Notes under the pieces: generated by a model | The model's input: the letters and a program-made list of their open reading frames with translations, nothing else | Told to the model about the DNA's origin: nothing | Databases searched by the model: none | Made by a program: the position numbers and the translations under genes | Assembly (NCBI RefSeq): GCF_021246445.1 | Contig: NZ_JAJQXW010000001.1 | Span: forward strand, 496,001 to 560,000 | Origin: Rhabdothermincola salaria | Lineage (GTDB): Bacteria; Actinomycetota; Acidimicrobiia; Acidimicrobiales; Acidimicrobilacustridaceae | Direction: 5' to 3' | Length of the DNA: 64,000 nt | Shown: positions 9,521 through 19,092 of the stretch, one piece after another | Layout of the letters: each line of letters begins with the position of its first letter | Numbering within the stretch: the stretch's first letter is position 1

Positions 9521-12307
9521 ATGACCAGCACCGCACGCGAGGCCACGAGCCTGGCGGAGGTCGACGAGGCCGACCACCACGCCCTGGCCTCCCACGAGGT
9601 CATCCTCCTCCTCGAGACCGACGTCGATCGCGGCCTCGATACCGCCGAGGCCGAGCGTCGAGTCGGGCGCTACGGGCCGAACGAGCTCGACGCGGCGGCC
9701 ACGGCCGGCCCCATCCGGCGTCTGCTGCGACAGTTCAACCACCCCCTGATCTACGTGCTGCTCGTGGCCGGGGTCGTCACCCTCGTGTTGGGCGAGTACA
9801 TCGACTCCGGGGTGATCTTCGGGGTGGTCGTGGTGAACTCGATCGTCGGGTTCATCCAGGAGGCCAAGGCCGAGGCCGCCCTGGACGCTCTGCGGTCGAT
9901 GGTGCGCACCGACTCGCGGGTGCGGCGCGACGGGTCCAAGCAGACGCTGCCGTCGGTCGACCTGGTACCGGGGGACGTGGTCTTCGTGGAAGCGGGGGAC
10001 AAGGTCCCCGCCGACCTGCGCCTGGTGGAGGTGAGCGAGCTGCAGGTGGACGAGTCGGCCATGACCGGTGAGTCCGTCCCCGTGCAGAAGGACGAGGTCG
10101 CGCTCGACCCGACCACTCCGGTGGCGGATCGTCGGAACATGGTCTACTCGGGCACCCTGGTCACCGCTGGTACCGGGGTGGGTGTGATCGTGGCCACCGG
10201 CGCGCGCACCGAGCTGGGCGAGATCCATCGTCTGGTGGGCACGGCCGACCGGCTGGCCACCCCGTTGACCAAGAAGCTGACGTGGTTCTCCAAGGTGCTC
10301 ACGGCGGCGATCCTGGGTCTGGCCCTGGTGACGTTCCTGATCGGGTTGGCACGGGGCGAGAGCGGTGTGGACATGTTCACCGCTGCCGTCGCCCTGGCCG
10401 TGGGATCGATCCCCGAGGGGCTCCCGGCCGTCGTGACCATCACCTTGGCCATCGGCGTGAACCGGATGGCTCGCCGGCAAGCCGTGATCCGTCGCATGCC
10501 GGCGGTGGAGACGCTGGGCAGCACGACGGTGGTGTGCTCGGACAAGACCGGCACCCTGACCGAGAACCAGATGACCGTCCGAGTCATCTGGACCGCGGAC
10601 ACCCGCTACGAGGTGACCGGCTCGGGCTACCAGCCCGAAGGGATCATCCGGGTGCTGCCGGAGGGCGTTGGCTCCGCCGACGGAGAGGGTGGTCCCGACC
10701 GCGGTGGGGTGGACCTCGACGAAGAGGGGGCGCTGCACTGGACCCTGACCGTCGGCGTCGCGTGCAACGACGCCCGCCTCAACCGAGAGGGGGAGACCTG
10801 GACCGTGGTGGGGGACCCCACCGAAGCGGCCCTCCTGGTGGCGGGAGCCAAGGCGAACATCGACCGCAAGGAGCTGAGTCGCGCGCTGCCTCGACGCGGC
10901 GGGATCCCGTTCAGTTCCGATCGCAAGTACATGGTCACCGTCCACGAGGACGGGCAGGAGCAGCGGCGGGTGGCCGTGAAAGGCGCGGTGGAGCGGGTTG
11001 TCGAGCTGTGCCGCCAGGAGCTCCTCGCCGACGGGTCGACCCGGCCGGTCGACCCCGACCGCGTCCACGAGGCGGCCGAGGAGCTGGCGGCCGAGGGCCT
11101 GCGGGTGCTGGCCACCGCCACCGGCCACATCGATCCCGACGTGGCCCCCGATGTCGAGAACATGCGGGGGCAGCTGGTCTTCACCGGGCTGCAAGCCATG
11201 CTCGACCCGCCCCGTCAGGCGGCCATCGACGCCGTCGGCGCCTGCCAACTGGCCGGTATCGACGTGAAGATGATCACTGGCGACCACGCCACCACCGCGA
11301 CGGCCATCGCCGAGCAGCTCGGCATCCTCGGTGAACGCGACGACGGCGACGTGCTGACCGGCCCCGACCTGGCCGAGCTCAACCCCGAGGAGTTCCCGGG
11401 CGCCGTGGAGCGGGCGTCGGTCTTCGCTCGGGTGTCGCCCGAGCAGAAGCTCCGCCTCGTCGAAGGGCTGCAGTCTCGGGGGCACGTGGTGGCCATGACC
11501 GGCGACGGGGTGAACGACGCCCCCGCCCTCCAGCAGGCCGACATCGGCGTGGCCATGGGTCGGGGAGGGACCGAGGTCGCCAAGGAAGCGTCGGACATGG
11601 TCCTCACCGACGACGACTTCGCCACGATCGAGGCGGCCATCGAAGAGGGCCGGGGGGTGTGGGACAACCTCAAGAAGTACATCGTGTGGACCGTGCCGAC
11701 GAACATGGGCGAAGGCCTCGTCATCCTGTCCGCCATCGTGCTCGGGCTGGCCCTGCCGATCCTCCCGGTGCAGATCCTCTGGATCAACATGACGACGGCC
11801 CTGGCCCTCGGCCTCATGTTGTCGTTCGAGCCCAAGGAGCACGGCATCATGCGCCGGCCGCCGCGCGACCCGTCCGAACCGCTCTTCAGCGGGACCCTGG
11901 TCGCCCGGATCTTCATGGTGGCCGGTCTGCTGGTCGGCGGCGCGTGGTGGATCTTCGAGTGGGAGCAGGGCAACGGCGCGCCGATCGAGGAGGCCCGAAC
12001 GGCCGCCGTCAACATGTTCATCGCCATCAAGATCGCGTACCTGCTCAGCTGCCGTTCGCTCACCCAACCAATGCGCGAGATCGGGTTCTTCTCCAACCAC
12101 TGGCTGCTGTTCGGGATCGCGGTCCAGGTGGCCGGCCAGATGGCCATCACCTATCTGCCGTTCATGAACACGGTGTTCGGCACGGCGCCGCTCAGCCTCG
12201 GCGCGTGGGGTCTCATCGTCCTCGGAGGGGCGGTGGCGCAGGCGGTCGTGACGACGGACAAGACCGTCCGACGTCGTCTCGCCGAACGGGCGGCCGCCTC
12301 GACCTGA
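9521..12307 (+). CDS. Cation-transporting P-type ATPase (P2A, CtpF/PacL-like)
   Basis: TGES, IPEGLP, DKTGTLT, GDPTE, KGA, MITGD and GDGVNDAPAL motifs. Confidence 0.95.
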   Translation: MTSTAREATSLAEVDEADHHALASHEVILLLETDVDRGLDTAEAERRVGRYGPNELDAAATAGPIRRLLRQFNHPLIYVLLVAGVVTLVLGEYIDSGVIFGVVVVNSIVGFIQEAKAEAALDALRSMVRTDSRVRRDGSKQTLPSVDLVPGDVVFVEAGDKVPADLRLVEVSELQVDESAMTGESVPVQKDEVALDPTTPVADRRNMVYSGTLVTAGTGVGVIVATGARTELGEIHRLVGTADRLATPLTKKLTWFSKVLTAAILGLALVTFLIGLARGESGVDMFTAAVALAVGSIPEGLPAVVTITLAIGVNRMARRQAVIRRMPAVETLGSTTVVCSDKTGTLTENQMTVRVIWTADTRYEVTGSGYQPEGIIRVLPEGVGSADGEGGPDRGGVDLDEEGALHWTLTVGVACNDARLNREGETWTVVGDPTEAALLVAGAKANIDRKELSRALPRRGGIPFSSDRKYMVTVHEDGQEQRRVAVKGAVERVVELCRQELLADGSTRPVDPDRVHEAAEELAAEGLRVLATATGHIDPDVAPDVENMRGQLVFTGLQAMLDPPRQAAIDAVGACQLAGIDVKMITGDHATTATAIAEQLGILGERDDGDVLTGPDLAELNPEEFPGAVERASVFARVSPEQKLRLVEGLQSRGHVVAMTGDGVNDAPALQQADIGVAMGRGGTEVAKEASDMVLTDDDFATIEAAIEEGRGVWDNLKKYIVWTVPTNMGEGLVILSAIVLGLALPILPVQILWINMTTALALGLMLSFEPKEHGIMRRPPRDPSEPLFSGTLVARIFMVAGLLVGGAWWIFEWEQGNGAPIEEARTAAVNMFIAIKIAYLLSCRSLTQPMREIGFFSNHWLLFGIAVQVAGQMAITYLPFMNTVFGTAPLSLGAWGLIVLGGAVAQAVVTTDKTVRRRLAERAAAST

Positions 12308-12400
12308 CGGGGAGCCGTCTCGGCTCGGTCCGCCTGGCGGCGAGGGCTACGGTTGCGCTCGGCCTGCGTCGGTGCGGCCCCCCGAGACCCGAGGAACACG

Positions 12401-12922
12401 ATGAACAAGGCGACGTTGCGCACGCTCAGTGCGGCCGACCAGGACCTGTTGCGCGAGACCGAACCGGCTCGGCTCCGGGAGCTCGACGAGGACGACCTGC
12501 TGGCGTTGCACGCCCGGATCCGTCGGGCCCGCAACAAGTACGCCAAGAACTACCGCCGCCAAGCGGCGTCGCGCGTCACCGCCGACAAGAGTCGGGCGGT
12601 GGCCAGCAAGGCCAACCAGCGCACGTCGGCCAAGGCCGAGGTCTACGAGGACGCCCTGGCCCGGGTGAGCCGTCACCTGGCCAAGGCCGCCCGTCAGAGC
12701 GCCGAGGCCCTGAAGTCCGAGCGTCTGGCCGCCGCACGCGGCCAGAAGGGCAAGGGCAAGGGCGCGTCGGCCAGCAAGGGCAAGGGGCGAGCCAAGGCCT
12801 CGTCGGCCAAGAAGGGCGACGCCAAGGACAACAAGAAGTCCCGCACCCCGATCTCGAAGCGGTCCTCGGCCTCGGCGCGTTCCACCACCCGCCGGGCTCA
12901 GGCGAAGCGGGCCGCCAAGTGA
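12401..12922 (+). CDS. Basic Lys/Ala/Arg-rich hypothetical protein
   Basis: GAGGAA RBS; helical N-terminus (LDEDDLLALHARIRRARNKYAKNYRRQ) and a Lys-rich tail. Confidence 0.75.
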   Translation: MNKATLRTLSAADQDLLRETEPARLRELDEDDLLALHARIRRARNKYAKNYRRQAASRVTADKSRAVASKANQRTSAKAEVYEDALARVSRHLAKAARQSAEALKSERLAAARGQKGKGKGASASKGKGRAKASSAKKGDAKDNKKSRTPISKRSSASARSTTRRAQAKRAAK

Positions 12923-13116
12923 CGGGCCCGATGCCCGCCGCCGGCATCGGCGAGAACCTCTACCTGGCCGAGAACGCCTCCACCCTCAGCTACACCGTCG
13001 ACCTCACCATCGGTGGCGACTCGTGGTCCTACGCCGAGACCACCATGCTGCGCATGCGCGAGTTCGACGAACCCTTCCCCCACACCGACCACAACACCTT
13101 GCACCGCGTCGCCTGA
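12919..13116 (+). pseudogene. C-terminal remnant of a FABP/nitrobindin (DUF1794-like) beta-barrel gene
   Basis: GIGENLYLAENASTLSYTVDLTIGGDSWSYAETTMLRM...HTDHNTLHRV matches the C-terminal strands of this family; the N-terminal part is absent. Confidence 0.6.
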
Positions 13117-13137
13117 CGCGCCCCTGGAGCTGCTCCC

Positions 13138-13473
13138 ATGATCCGATCCCTCTCACGCGCCGCGCTGGCGGCCTCAACGATGGTGGCCGCCCTGGTCCTG
13201 GTCGCCGCGCCGGCGAGCGCCCATCCCGGCCACTCCAGTGGTGACGTCGGCGACGACGTCCGCCATCTGGTTTTCGGTGTCGACCACACGATCGTGGCGG
13301 TCACCCTCGCCGTGACCGTCGTCGCGCTCGTGGCCCTCGGTGTGCTCTCGTGGTTGGCCTCGGTCGGGCGCTCGCCTGTGAAGGTGCCGAAGGGCTTCGC
13401 GACCGGCGTGGCCCGCACCGGGTTCGGGCTGGGAGCTCTGGCCGCTGGTGCCGGGTTGCTCGCCGTTTCCTGA
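13138..13473 (+). CDS. Small membrane protein with HupE/UreJ-like N-terminus
   Basis: Signal peptide ending ASA-HPGH, then HLVFGVDH and two TM helices; much shorter than full HupE. Confidence 0.5.
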   Translation: MIRSLSRAALAASTMVAALVLVAAPASAHPGHSSGDVGDDVRHLVFGVDHTIVAVTLAVTVVALVALGVLSWLASVGRSPVKVPKGFATGVARTGFGLGALAAGAGLLAVS

Positions 13474-13482
13474 GTCGCCTCA

Positions 13483-16030
13483 CTACGACGTCGGCGGAGC
13501 CTGCAGCATCGGGGTGAAGCGGTGCGGTGGCACCGCCGGTGACCACAGGAAGCCCTGGGCCAGCTCACAGTCGAGCCCGAGCAGGGTGGCGCGCTGCTGC
13601 TCGGTCTCGACCCCTTCGGCGACGACCTCGATGCCGAGCAGCCGGGCCACTCCGCAGATGGCCCCCACCAGGGCGACGTCGTCGTCGTTGGGGAGGTCGA
13701 CCACGAAGGACCGGTCGATCTTGAGCTCGTCGATCTCGAGGCGCTTGAGGTAGGCCAGCGACGAGTAGCCCGTGCCGAAGTCGTCGATGGCGACGCGGAC
13801 CCCCATGGCTCGCAGGGCCTGGAGGGTGGCGGTGCTGGGTGTCGAGCACCTCCACCATCGTGCTCTCGGTGACCTCCAGGACGAGCTGGGTGGGGTCCAG
13901 CCCGCTCTCGGCGAGCGCATCGGTGACCACGCCGACCAGGTCGGGGTCGGCCAGCTGCCGGGCCGAGATGTTCACCGACACCGACAGGGCCCGCTCGTCG
14001 TCCGGCCAGGCCGCGGCGTCGTGGCAGGCCTGGCGCAGGATGGCACGGTCGATGGCGCCGATGAGGGCGATCTCCTCGGCGAGGGCGATGAAGTCGTTGG
14101 GTCCGACCGTGCCGATACCCGGACGTTCCCAGCGGGCGAGGGCCTCGGCTCCCACCACCGTGCCGTCCTGGATGCGGACCCGAGGCTGGTAGTGGGGGAC
14201 GATCTCTCCTCGGTCGAGGCCCTGACGCAGGGCGATCTCGGTCTCGAGGCGTCGGCGCGCCCGACCTCGGTCGGCCTGGTCGAACCAGGCGGTGTGGCTG
14301 GGGCCGTGGTCCCCGGCCGGGCCGAGGGCGCCGATGGCGTCGGACAGCAAGGCGTCGGCCTCGGTGCCGAGACGGGACGTGGCCACCCCGACCGAGATCG
14401 ACGGGCGCAGGACGTGGTGGTCGACGGCGACGTCGCTGATGGTGGCCCGCAGGGCGGCGATCCGCTCTTCGACGGTGGTGCGCTCGGCGAGACCGGGGCA
14501 CAGCACGGCGAAGCGGCCGTCGGTCAGGCGACCCACGAACTCGTCGGACGTGACGGCGTTCTCGAGGCAGCGGGCCACGTGCACGACGAGGGCGCCGCTG
14601 GCGTCGTGGCCGAGCGACTGGTCGACGCGGGCCAGCTCGTCGATCTCCATGGTCAGGACGGTGACCCGGCCGTCGAGGCCCTCACGCAGCGCCCGGCGAA
14701 GCCCCTCGACCACCGCGGTGCGGCTGGGCAGGCCGGTGAGGGGGTCGGTGAGGTCGGCCTCGATGTCGGCCTCGCGGCGGCGGGCCTGCTCCATGATGCT
14801 GGCGGCGATGTTGCGCACCTCGTGGACCAGGTCGGTGTCGAGGTCCTCGGGGGGTCGGTCGTCGCGGCCCATGACGAGGGCGACCACGTCGTCGCCACTG
14901 CTGGTGCGGCTTCGCGCCGCCGCCACCCAGCCTCGACTCGCGGGGCCGTGGTCGGCCGCGTCGACGGGTGGCGGCTGGAAGGGGAGGTGGGTGGCCAGGT
15001 TCCCGGAGGTCATGGCCCGGTCCAGCCAGGGCAGCGACGCCAGCGGGACATCGTGGATCATGGCGCGCACCTCGGGAGGCAGGCCCGGGTCGGCGCGGAC
15101 CCGCAGCCGGCCGTCGTGCACCGAGAGCAGGACGACCCGGCGGGCTCCGAGTCGCTCCTCGGCCAGTCGGGCGAGGTCCACCAGGACGTCGTCGACGTCG
15201 ACGCCGGCGACGGCCCGGGCCAGCAACCGGTCGACGCCCTGGCGGAACCGGGCGGCGCGGCGAGCCGACGAGATGTCGCGGATCACGATCTGGAGGTGCT
15301 GGCGGCCCTGCAGTTGCACGACGGTGACGCGGGCACCCACTTCGAGGGTGGCGCCGTCGTCGGCCAGGACGCGGTAGGTGTGGCGCACGACGCGGTCTGG
15401 TCGGCTCCGCACCGAGTCACGGTGCTGTTGGGAGCGGCCCAGGTCGTGGGGGTGCACCACGTCGGCGACGCGTCGGCCCACCACCGGCCGCTCGCGGGCC
15501 CGCAGCAGGAGCTCGGTCGCCTGGTTGGCGTAGACGACGACGCCCGCATCGACGAGCACGACGGCCTCGTCGAGGTTCTCGAGCAGGCTGCGGTAGCGGG
15601 CCCCGAGCTCGCTGCGCTCCTGTTCGGCCTCGACCCAGTCGGTGACGTCGAGGAGGAGCCCCTCGAGCAGGCCCTCGATCGCCGCCCGCCCTCCCTGCTC
15701 CCAGACCCAGCGCACCGCGCCGTCGGCCCGGCGGATCCGGTAGCGCAGGTCGTAGGGCTTCTCCGCGTCGACGGCGATGCTCACCTCGCGGTGCACCATG
15801 GCCAGGTCGTCGGGGTGGATGAAGGCGCTGAAGTCTCGCCCCACGAGGTCGTCGGGCGAGAGGCCCAGGAGGGCCCGGACCTCGCCCCACACGTGGCGCA
15901 CGGTGAAGTCGGCGTCGTGATCGCACAGGTAGGCGATCCCGGGCAGATGGGCGAGCACCGCGTCGGCCGCGCCCTCACCGAGGGTGGTCGCATCCTCGGG
16001 ATCCGGGGCTCTCCCCGCTGAAGTGGTCAC
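13483..16030 (-). pseudogene. PAS-PAS-GAF-GGDEF(degenerate)-EAL phosphodiesterase with a 1-nt frameshift
   Basis: PAS (IHPDDL...RWVWEQG), TDPLTGLP, degenerate TDGRF and GAEALARW in one frame; DDFGTGYSS...KIDRSF...AEGVE...QGF in another. The frames join if one base is removed at 13837-13839. May be a sequencing error. Confidence 0.8.
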
Positions 16031-16149
16031 GTGGTGTGGTGGCTCCCGACTGGTGGGGTGAGCCGTCGATCGCACCAGATTAGTGCGGGGCCCTCCGTCG
16101 GTGGGGATGTCCAGCCGACGGCGGGCCGTGCTCACCGGAGGAGACCAGG

Positions 16150-16164
16150 GGCACGCAGAGTGAG
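16150..16164. promoter_or_regulatory. Candidate BldD box
   Basis: GGCACGCAGAGTGAG matches 8 of 9 fixed positions of NTNACNCWGNGTNAN; lies between the divergent PAS-GGDEF-EAL and DyP genes. Confidence 0.4.
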
Positions 16165-16230
16165 CCCTGGTCGTCGGAGGGCGGAGGGCCGTGCTGTCGG
16201 CGGGGCCGGAGCCGGTGCGAGACTTCGGGC

Positions 16231-17496
16231 ATGTCCCGTCCGGTGAGCCGTCGCCAGCTCCTCGGCGCGGCGGGTGCCGCCGCCGGGGGCTTCGTGGTGG
16301 GCGGCGTCGTGGGGCCCCTGGCGGCGGGCGGCACCGGGGCCGACGACGATCCTGCGCCGCGGGCCGACGCCACGGCGGTCGCCTTCCACGGCGCCCACCA
16401 GGCCGGTGTGGCCACCGCCCCCCAGGCCCACGTCGTGCTGGCCGGCGTCGACATCGCCGGTTCTGCGGCTGAGTTGGCCGCAGTGCTCGACACCTGGTCG
16501 GTGGCCGCCGCCCGGCTCACGGCGGGGGCCCAGGTGGGGGAGCGGTCGCCGAGCTCGCGGCTGCCCCCTGTCGACACGGGTGAGGCCGACGACCGTCCGC
16601 CGTCGCGGCTGACCGTCACCGTGGCGGTCGGGGCGTCGGCGTTCGACCGGTCGGATCGCTTCGGGCTGGCCGCCCGGCGGCCACCGGGCCTCGTCGAGCT
16701 GCCTGCGGTGGCGGGCGACGACCTCGATCCGCGCTTCTCCGGGGGTGACCTCTGCCTCCAGGTCGGTGCCGACGACCTCCAGGTGGCGTTGCACGCCGTG
16801 CGCAACCTGGTGCGGGTGGCCGAGGGGCGCGCCAGCGTGCGCTGGTCCCACGTGGGCACCGGGCCGCCGCCGGGGGCGGCACCGGTGGTCGGCGACGGCG
16901 CGTCGTCTCATCGCAACCTGCTGGGGTTCCGGGAGGGTACGGCCAACCCTCGCCCCGGCCGCCCCCGCTTCGACGACGCGGTCTGGGTGGCCGAGGGTGA
17001 CGACCCGTCCTGGATGGTGGGTGGCACCTATCTGGCGCTTCGCCGCGTCGACCTCGACCTCGGCGCGTGGGAGGAGCTGACCCTCCTCGACCGGGAGCGG
17101 GTGATCGGACGGCACCGCCGCTCGGGGGCCCCGCTCGGCGATGTCGCCGAGGACGCCCCTCTCGAGCTGGAGGCGGAGGGGCCCGACGGGCGCCCCGTCA
17201 CCGATCCCCGTTCGCACGTGGCCGTCGCCCACCGGGCGTCGCAGGGCCGACGACCGCTGTTTCGTCGCAGCTACAACGTGGTGGAGGGCATCCCGCAGGC
17301 CGAGGGGGCCGGCGCCGGTGGTCTGTTGTTCCTGGCCTTCTGCCGTGACCCGGCCGAGCAGTTCACCCCCGTGCTCGAGGCGCTCGCTGCCGGCGACCTG
17401 CTGGGCACCTACCAGCGCACCGTCGCGTCCGGTGTGTTCGCCGTGCTCCCCGGCCTGCGGCCCGGCGACTCCTGGTCCCAGCACCTGTTCGGCTGA
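16231..17496 (+). CDS. Tat-exported Dyp-type peroxidase (EfeB-like)
   Basis: Twin-Arg SRRQLL signal, FHGAHQAGV, RNLLGFREGTANP, GGTY, proximal His (SHVAVAH), RRSYN, GLLFLAF. Confidence 0.85.
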   Translation: MSRPVSRRQLLGAAGAAAGGFVVGGVVGPLAAGGTGADDDPAPRADATAVAFHGAHQAGVATAPQAHVVLAGVDIAGSAAELAAVLDTWSVAAARLTAGAQVGERSPSSRLPPVDTGEADDRPPSRLTVTVAVGASAFDRSDRFGLAARRPPGLVELPAVAGDDLDPRFSGGDLCLQVGADDLQVALHAVRNLVRVAEGRASVRWSHVGTGPPPGAAPVVGDGASSHRNLLGFREGTANPRPGRPRFDDAVWVAEGDDPSWMVGGTYLALRRVDLDLGAWEELTLLDRERVIGRHRRSGAPLGDVAEDAPLELEAEGPDGRPVTDPRSHVAVAHRASQGRRPLFRRSYNVVEGIPQAEGAGAGGLLFLAFCRDPAEQFTPVLEALAAGDLLGTYQRTVASGVFAVLPGLRPGDSWSQHLFG

Positions 17497-17648
17497 GCGG
17501 TGTCGGGGTCCGGCCGGGCTGACGCTCCGCCGGCCACGCGCTGTCCGCTGTCCGCCGTATGCGTCGTGCGTCGTGCGTCGTGCGCGTCTCGCCTCGGCGG
17601 GCCCGCCCGCGGTCGTCCGGCCGGTTCCGACCCATCGTCGGTTGTGAA

Positions 17649-17663
17649 TGTGACAGTGTCACA
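17649..17663. promoter_or_regulatory. Perfect palindrome, candidate repressor operator
   Basis: TGTGACA-G-TGTCACA, AT-richer than background, about 30 nt upstream of the 17696 start. Confidence 0.55.
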
Positions 17664-17695
17664 GGCGACACCTGACGACCCTCTTGGAGAGACCC

Positions 17696-18820
17696 GTGCC
17701 GCCCATCCCCGTCGACGAGTACCCCCTGCACCAGGCCCCGCTGTCCCTGGCCTACCCGGCGTCGAGCGACCGCAACTTCTACGACCGCTGCTACATCAAC
17801 GCCCACGATCGCACCGGCGAGGTCTTCCTCATCACCGGGCTCGGCGTCTACCCGAACCTCGGCGTCATCGACGCCTTCGCCTGCATCCGTCGCGGCGACC
17901 AGCAACACGTCATCCGCATGTCCGACGCCCTCGGTGACGACCGCATGGACCAGTCGGTCGGTCCGTACCGCATCGAGGTCCTCGACCCCCTCAAGGAGCT
18001 GCGGGTGGTGTGCGAGGGCGACGACCACGGCCTCTCGCTCGACCTGCACTGGCGGGGCTCGTACCCGGCGGTCGACGAGTCACCCCACGTGATGCGGGGG
18101 CCGAGCGGCAAGATCATCCTCGACGCCCAGCGCTTCGCCCAGGTGGGCACCTGGGAGGGGTTCATCCGGGTCGACGGCGAGGAGCTCACCGTCTCTCCCG
18201 ACCAGTGGGTCGGCACCCGTGACCGCTCCTGGGGGATCCGCCCCGTCGGCGAGGCCGAGCCCGCCGGACGGGCCGCCGCCGAGCCCGATCCCAACTACGG
18301 GTTCTGGTGGCTCTACTGCCCGATCCGGATGGAGGACCACGCCCTGGTCTTCATCTTCCAGGAGACCGCCGAGGGCCACCGCTTCCTCAACGACGCCCTG
18401 CGGGTGTGGCCCGAAGAGAGCGGCCGGGGGGTCGAGACCCTCGGCTTCCCCAAGGTCGACATCCAGTACCGCTCCGGCACCCGCATCCCCACGGGCGCCA
18501 CCATCACCGCCACCGAGCCCGACGGCACGCCGTTGGTGGTCGAGATCGAGAGCAAGGGCTACGTGGCCCTCGCCGCCGGTTGCGGCTACGGCTCGGATCC
18601 GCAGTGGACCCACGGCCTCTGGAAGGGCCGCGACTGGGTCGAGCGGGCCACCTACGACCTGAACGACCCGGCCAACGCCGCGGCCACCCAGTTCGGCATG
18701 CTCGACCACGTCGGCATCGCCCGCTGCAACGGCCAGGTCGGTGCCGGACTGTTCGAGCACGCCTCCATCGGCCGCCACGATCCCTCGGGGTTCACCGACT
18801 TCATGTCCGTCGCCCCCTGA
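17696..18820 (+). CDS. Conserved actinobacterial hypothetical protein (predicted beta-rich, tocopherol-cyclase/AttH-like)
   Basis: PVDEYPLHQ, DRNFYDRCY, GLGVYPNLGV and RDRSWGIRPVGE motifs, strong GC3 codon bias. GTG 17696 follows GGAGA; the ORF is open from 17684. The fold assignment is tentative. Confidence 0.75.
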   Translation: MPPIPVDEYPLHQAPLSLAYPASSDRNFYDRCYINAHDRTGEVFLITGLGVYPNLGVIDAFACIRRGDQQHVIRMSDALGDDRMDQSVGPYRIEVLDPLKELRVVCEGDDHGLSLDLHWRGSYPAVDESPHVMRGPSGKIILDAQRFAQVGTWEGFIRVDGEELTVSPDQWVGTRDRSWGIRPVGEAEPAGRAAAEPDPNYGFWWLYCPIRMEDHALVFIFQETAEGHRFLNDALRVWPEESGRGVETLGFPKVDIQYRSGTRIPTGATITATEPDGTPLVVEIESKGYVALAAGCGYGSDPQWTHGLWKGRDWVERATYDLNDPANAAATQFGMLDHVGIARCNGQVGAGLFEHASIGRHDPSGFTDFMSVAP

Positions 18821-18832
18821 CGGGTCCCCCAA

Positions 18833-18961
18833 CGACGCTGCGTGCCCCCAACGCTGGGTTGCCCCCACCGCTGGGTGCCCTCAACGCTGGGTGCCCTCAA
18901 CGCTGGGTGCCCTCAACGCTGGGTGCCCTCAACGCTGGGTGCCCTCAACGCTGGATGCCCC
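18833..18961. repeat. 16-bp tandem repeat (unit CAACGCTGGGTGCCCT), about 8 copies
   Basis: Perfect units at 18882, 18898, 18914 and 18930; variants at about 18833, 18849, 18866 and 18946. Confidence 0.9.
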
Positions 18962-18968
18962 CACCGGG

Positions 18969-19079
18969 TTCTTGCATGGTTTCGACGTGCTCCGGCACGC
19001 CGAAACCATGCAACTACGGCAAGTAGACGGTTCTTGCATGGTCTGGGCGTGCCCTGGCACGCCGAAACCATGCAACTAC
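18969..19079 (-). repeat. Tandem pair of 49-nt hairpin repeats, subfamily A (A1 18969-19017, A2 19031-19079)
   Basis: On the minus strand GTAGTTGCATGGTTTCGGCGTGCC...CCATGCAAGAA; 62-nt period; lies between convergent genes. Confidence 0.9.
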
Positions 19080-19092
19080 GGGAAGCGGGATG

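Noticed and set aside
5527..13116. Prophage or integrative element at tRNA-Val
   Set aside because: No integrase, no phage genes and no second copy of the tRNA 3' end found.
13820..13860. Programmed ribosomal frameshift in the EAL gene
   Set aside because: No slippery heptamer or long homopolymer; a simple 1-nt insertion explains it.
17649..17663. CRP/GlxR site
   Set aside because: Spacing is TGTGA-N5-TCACA rather than the required N6.
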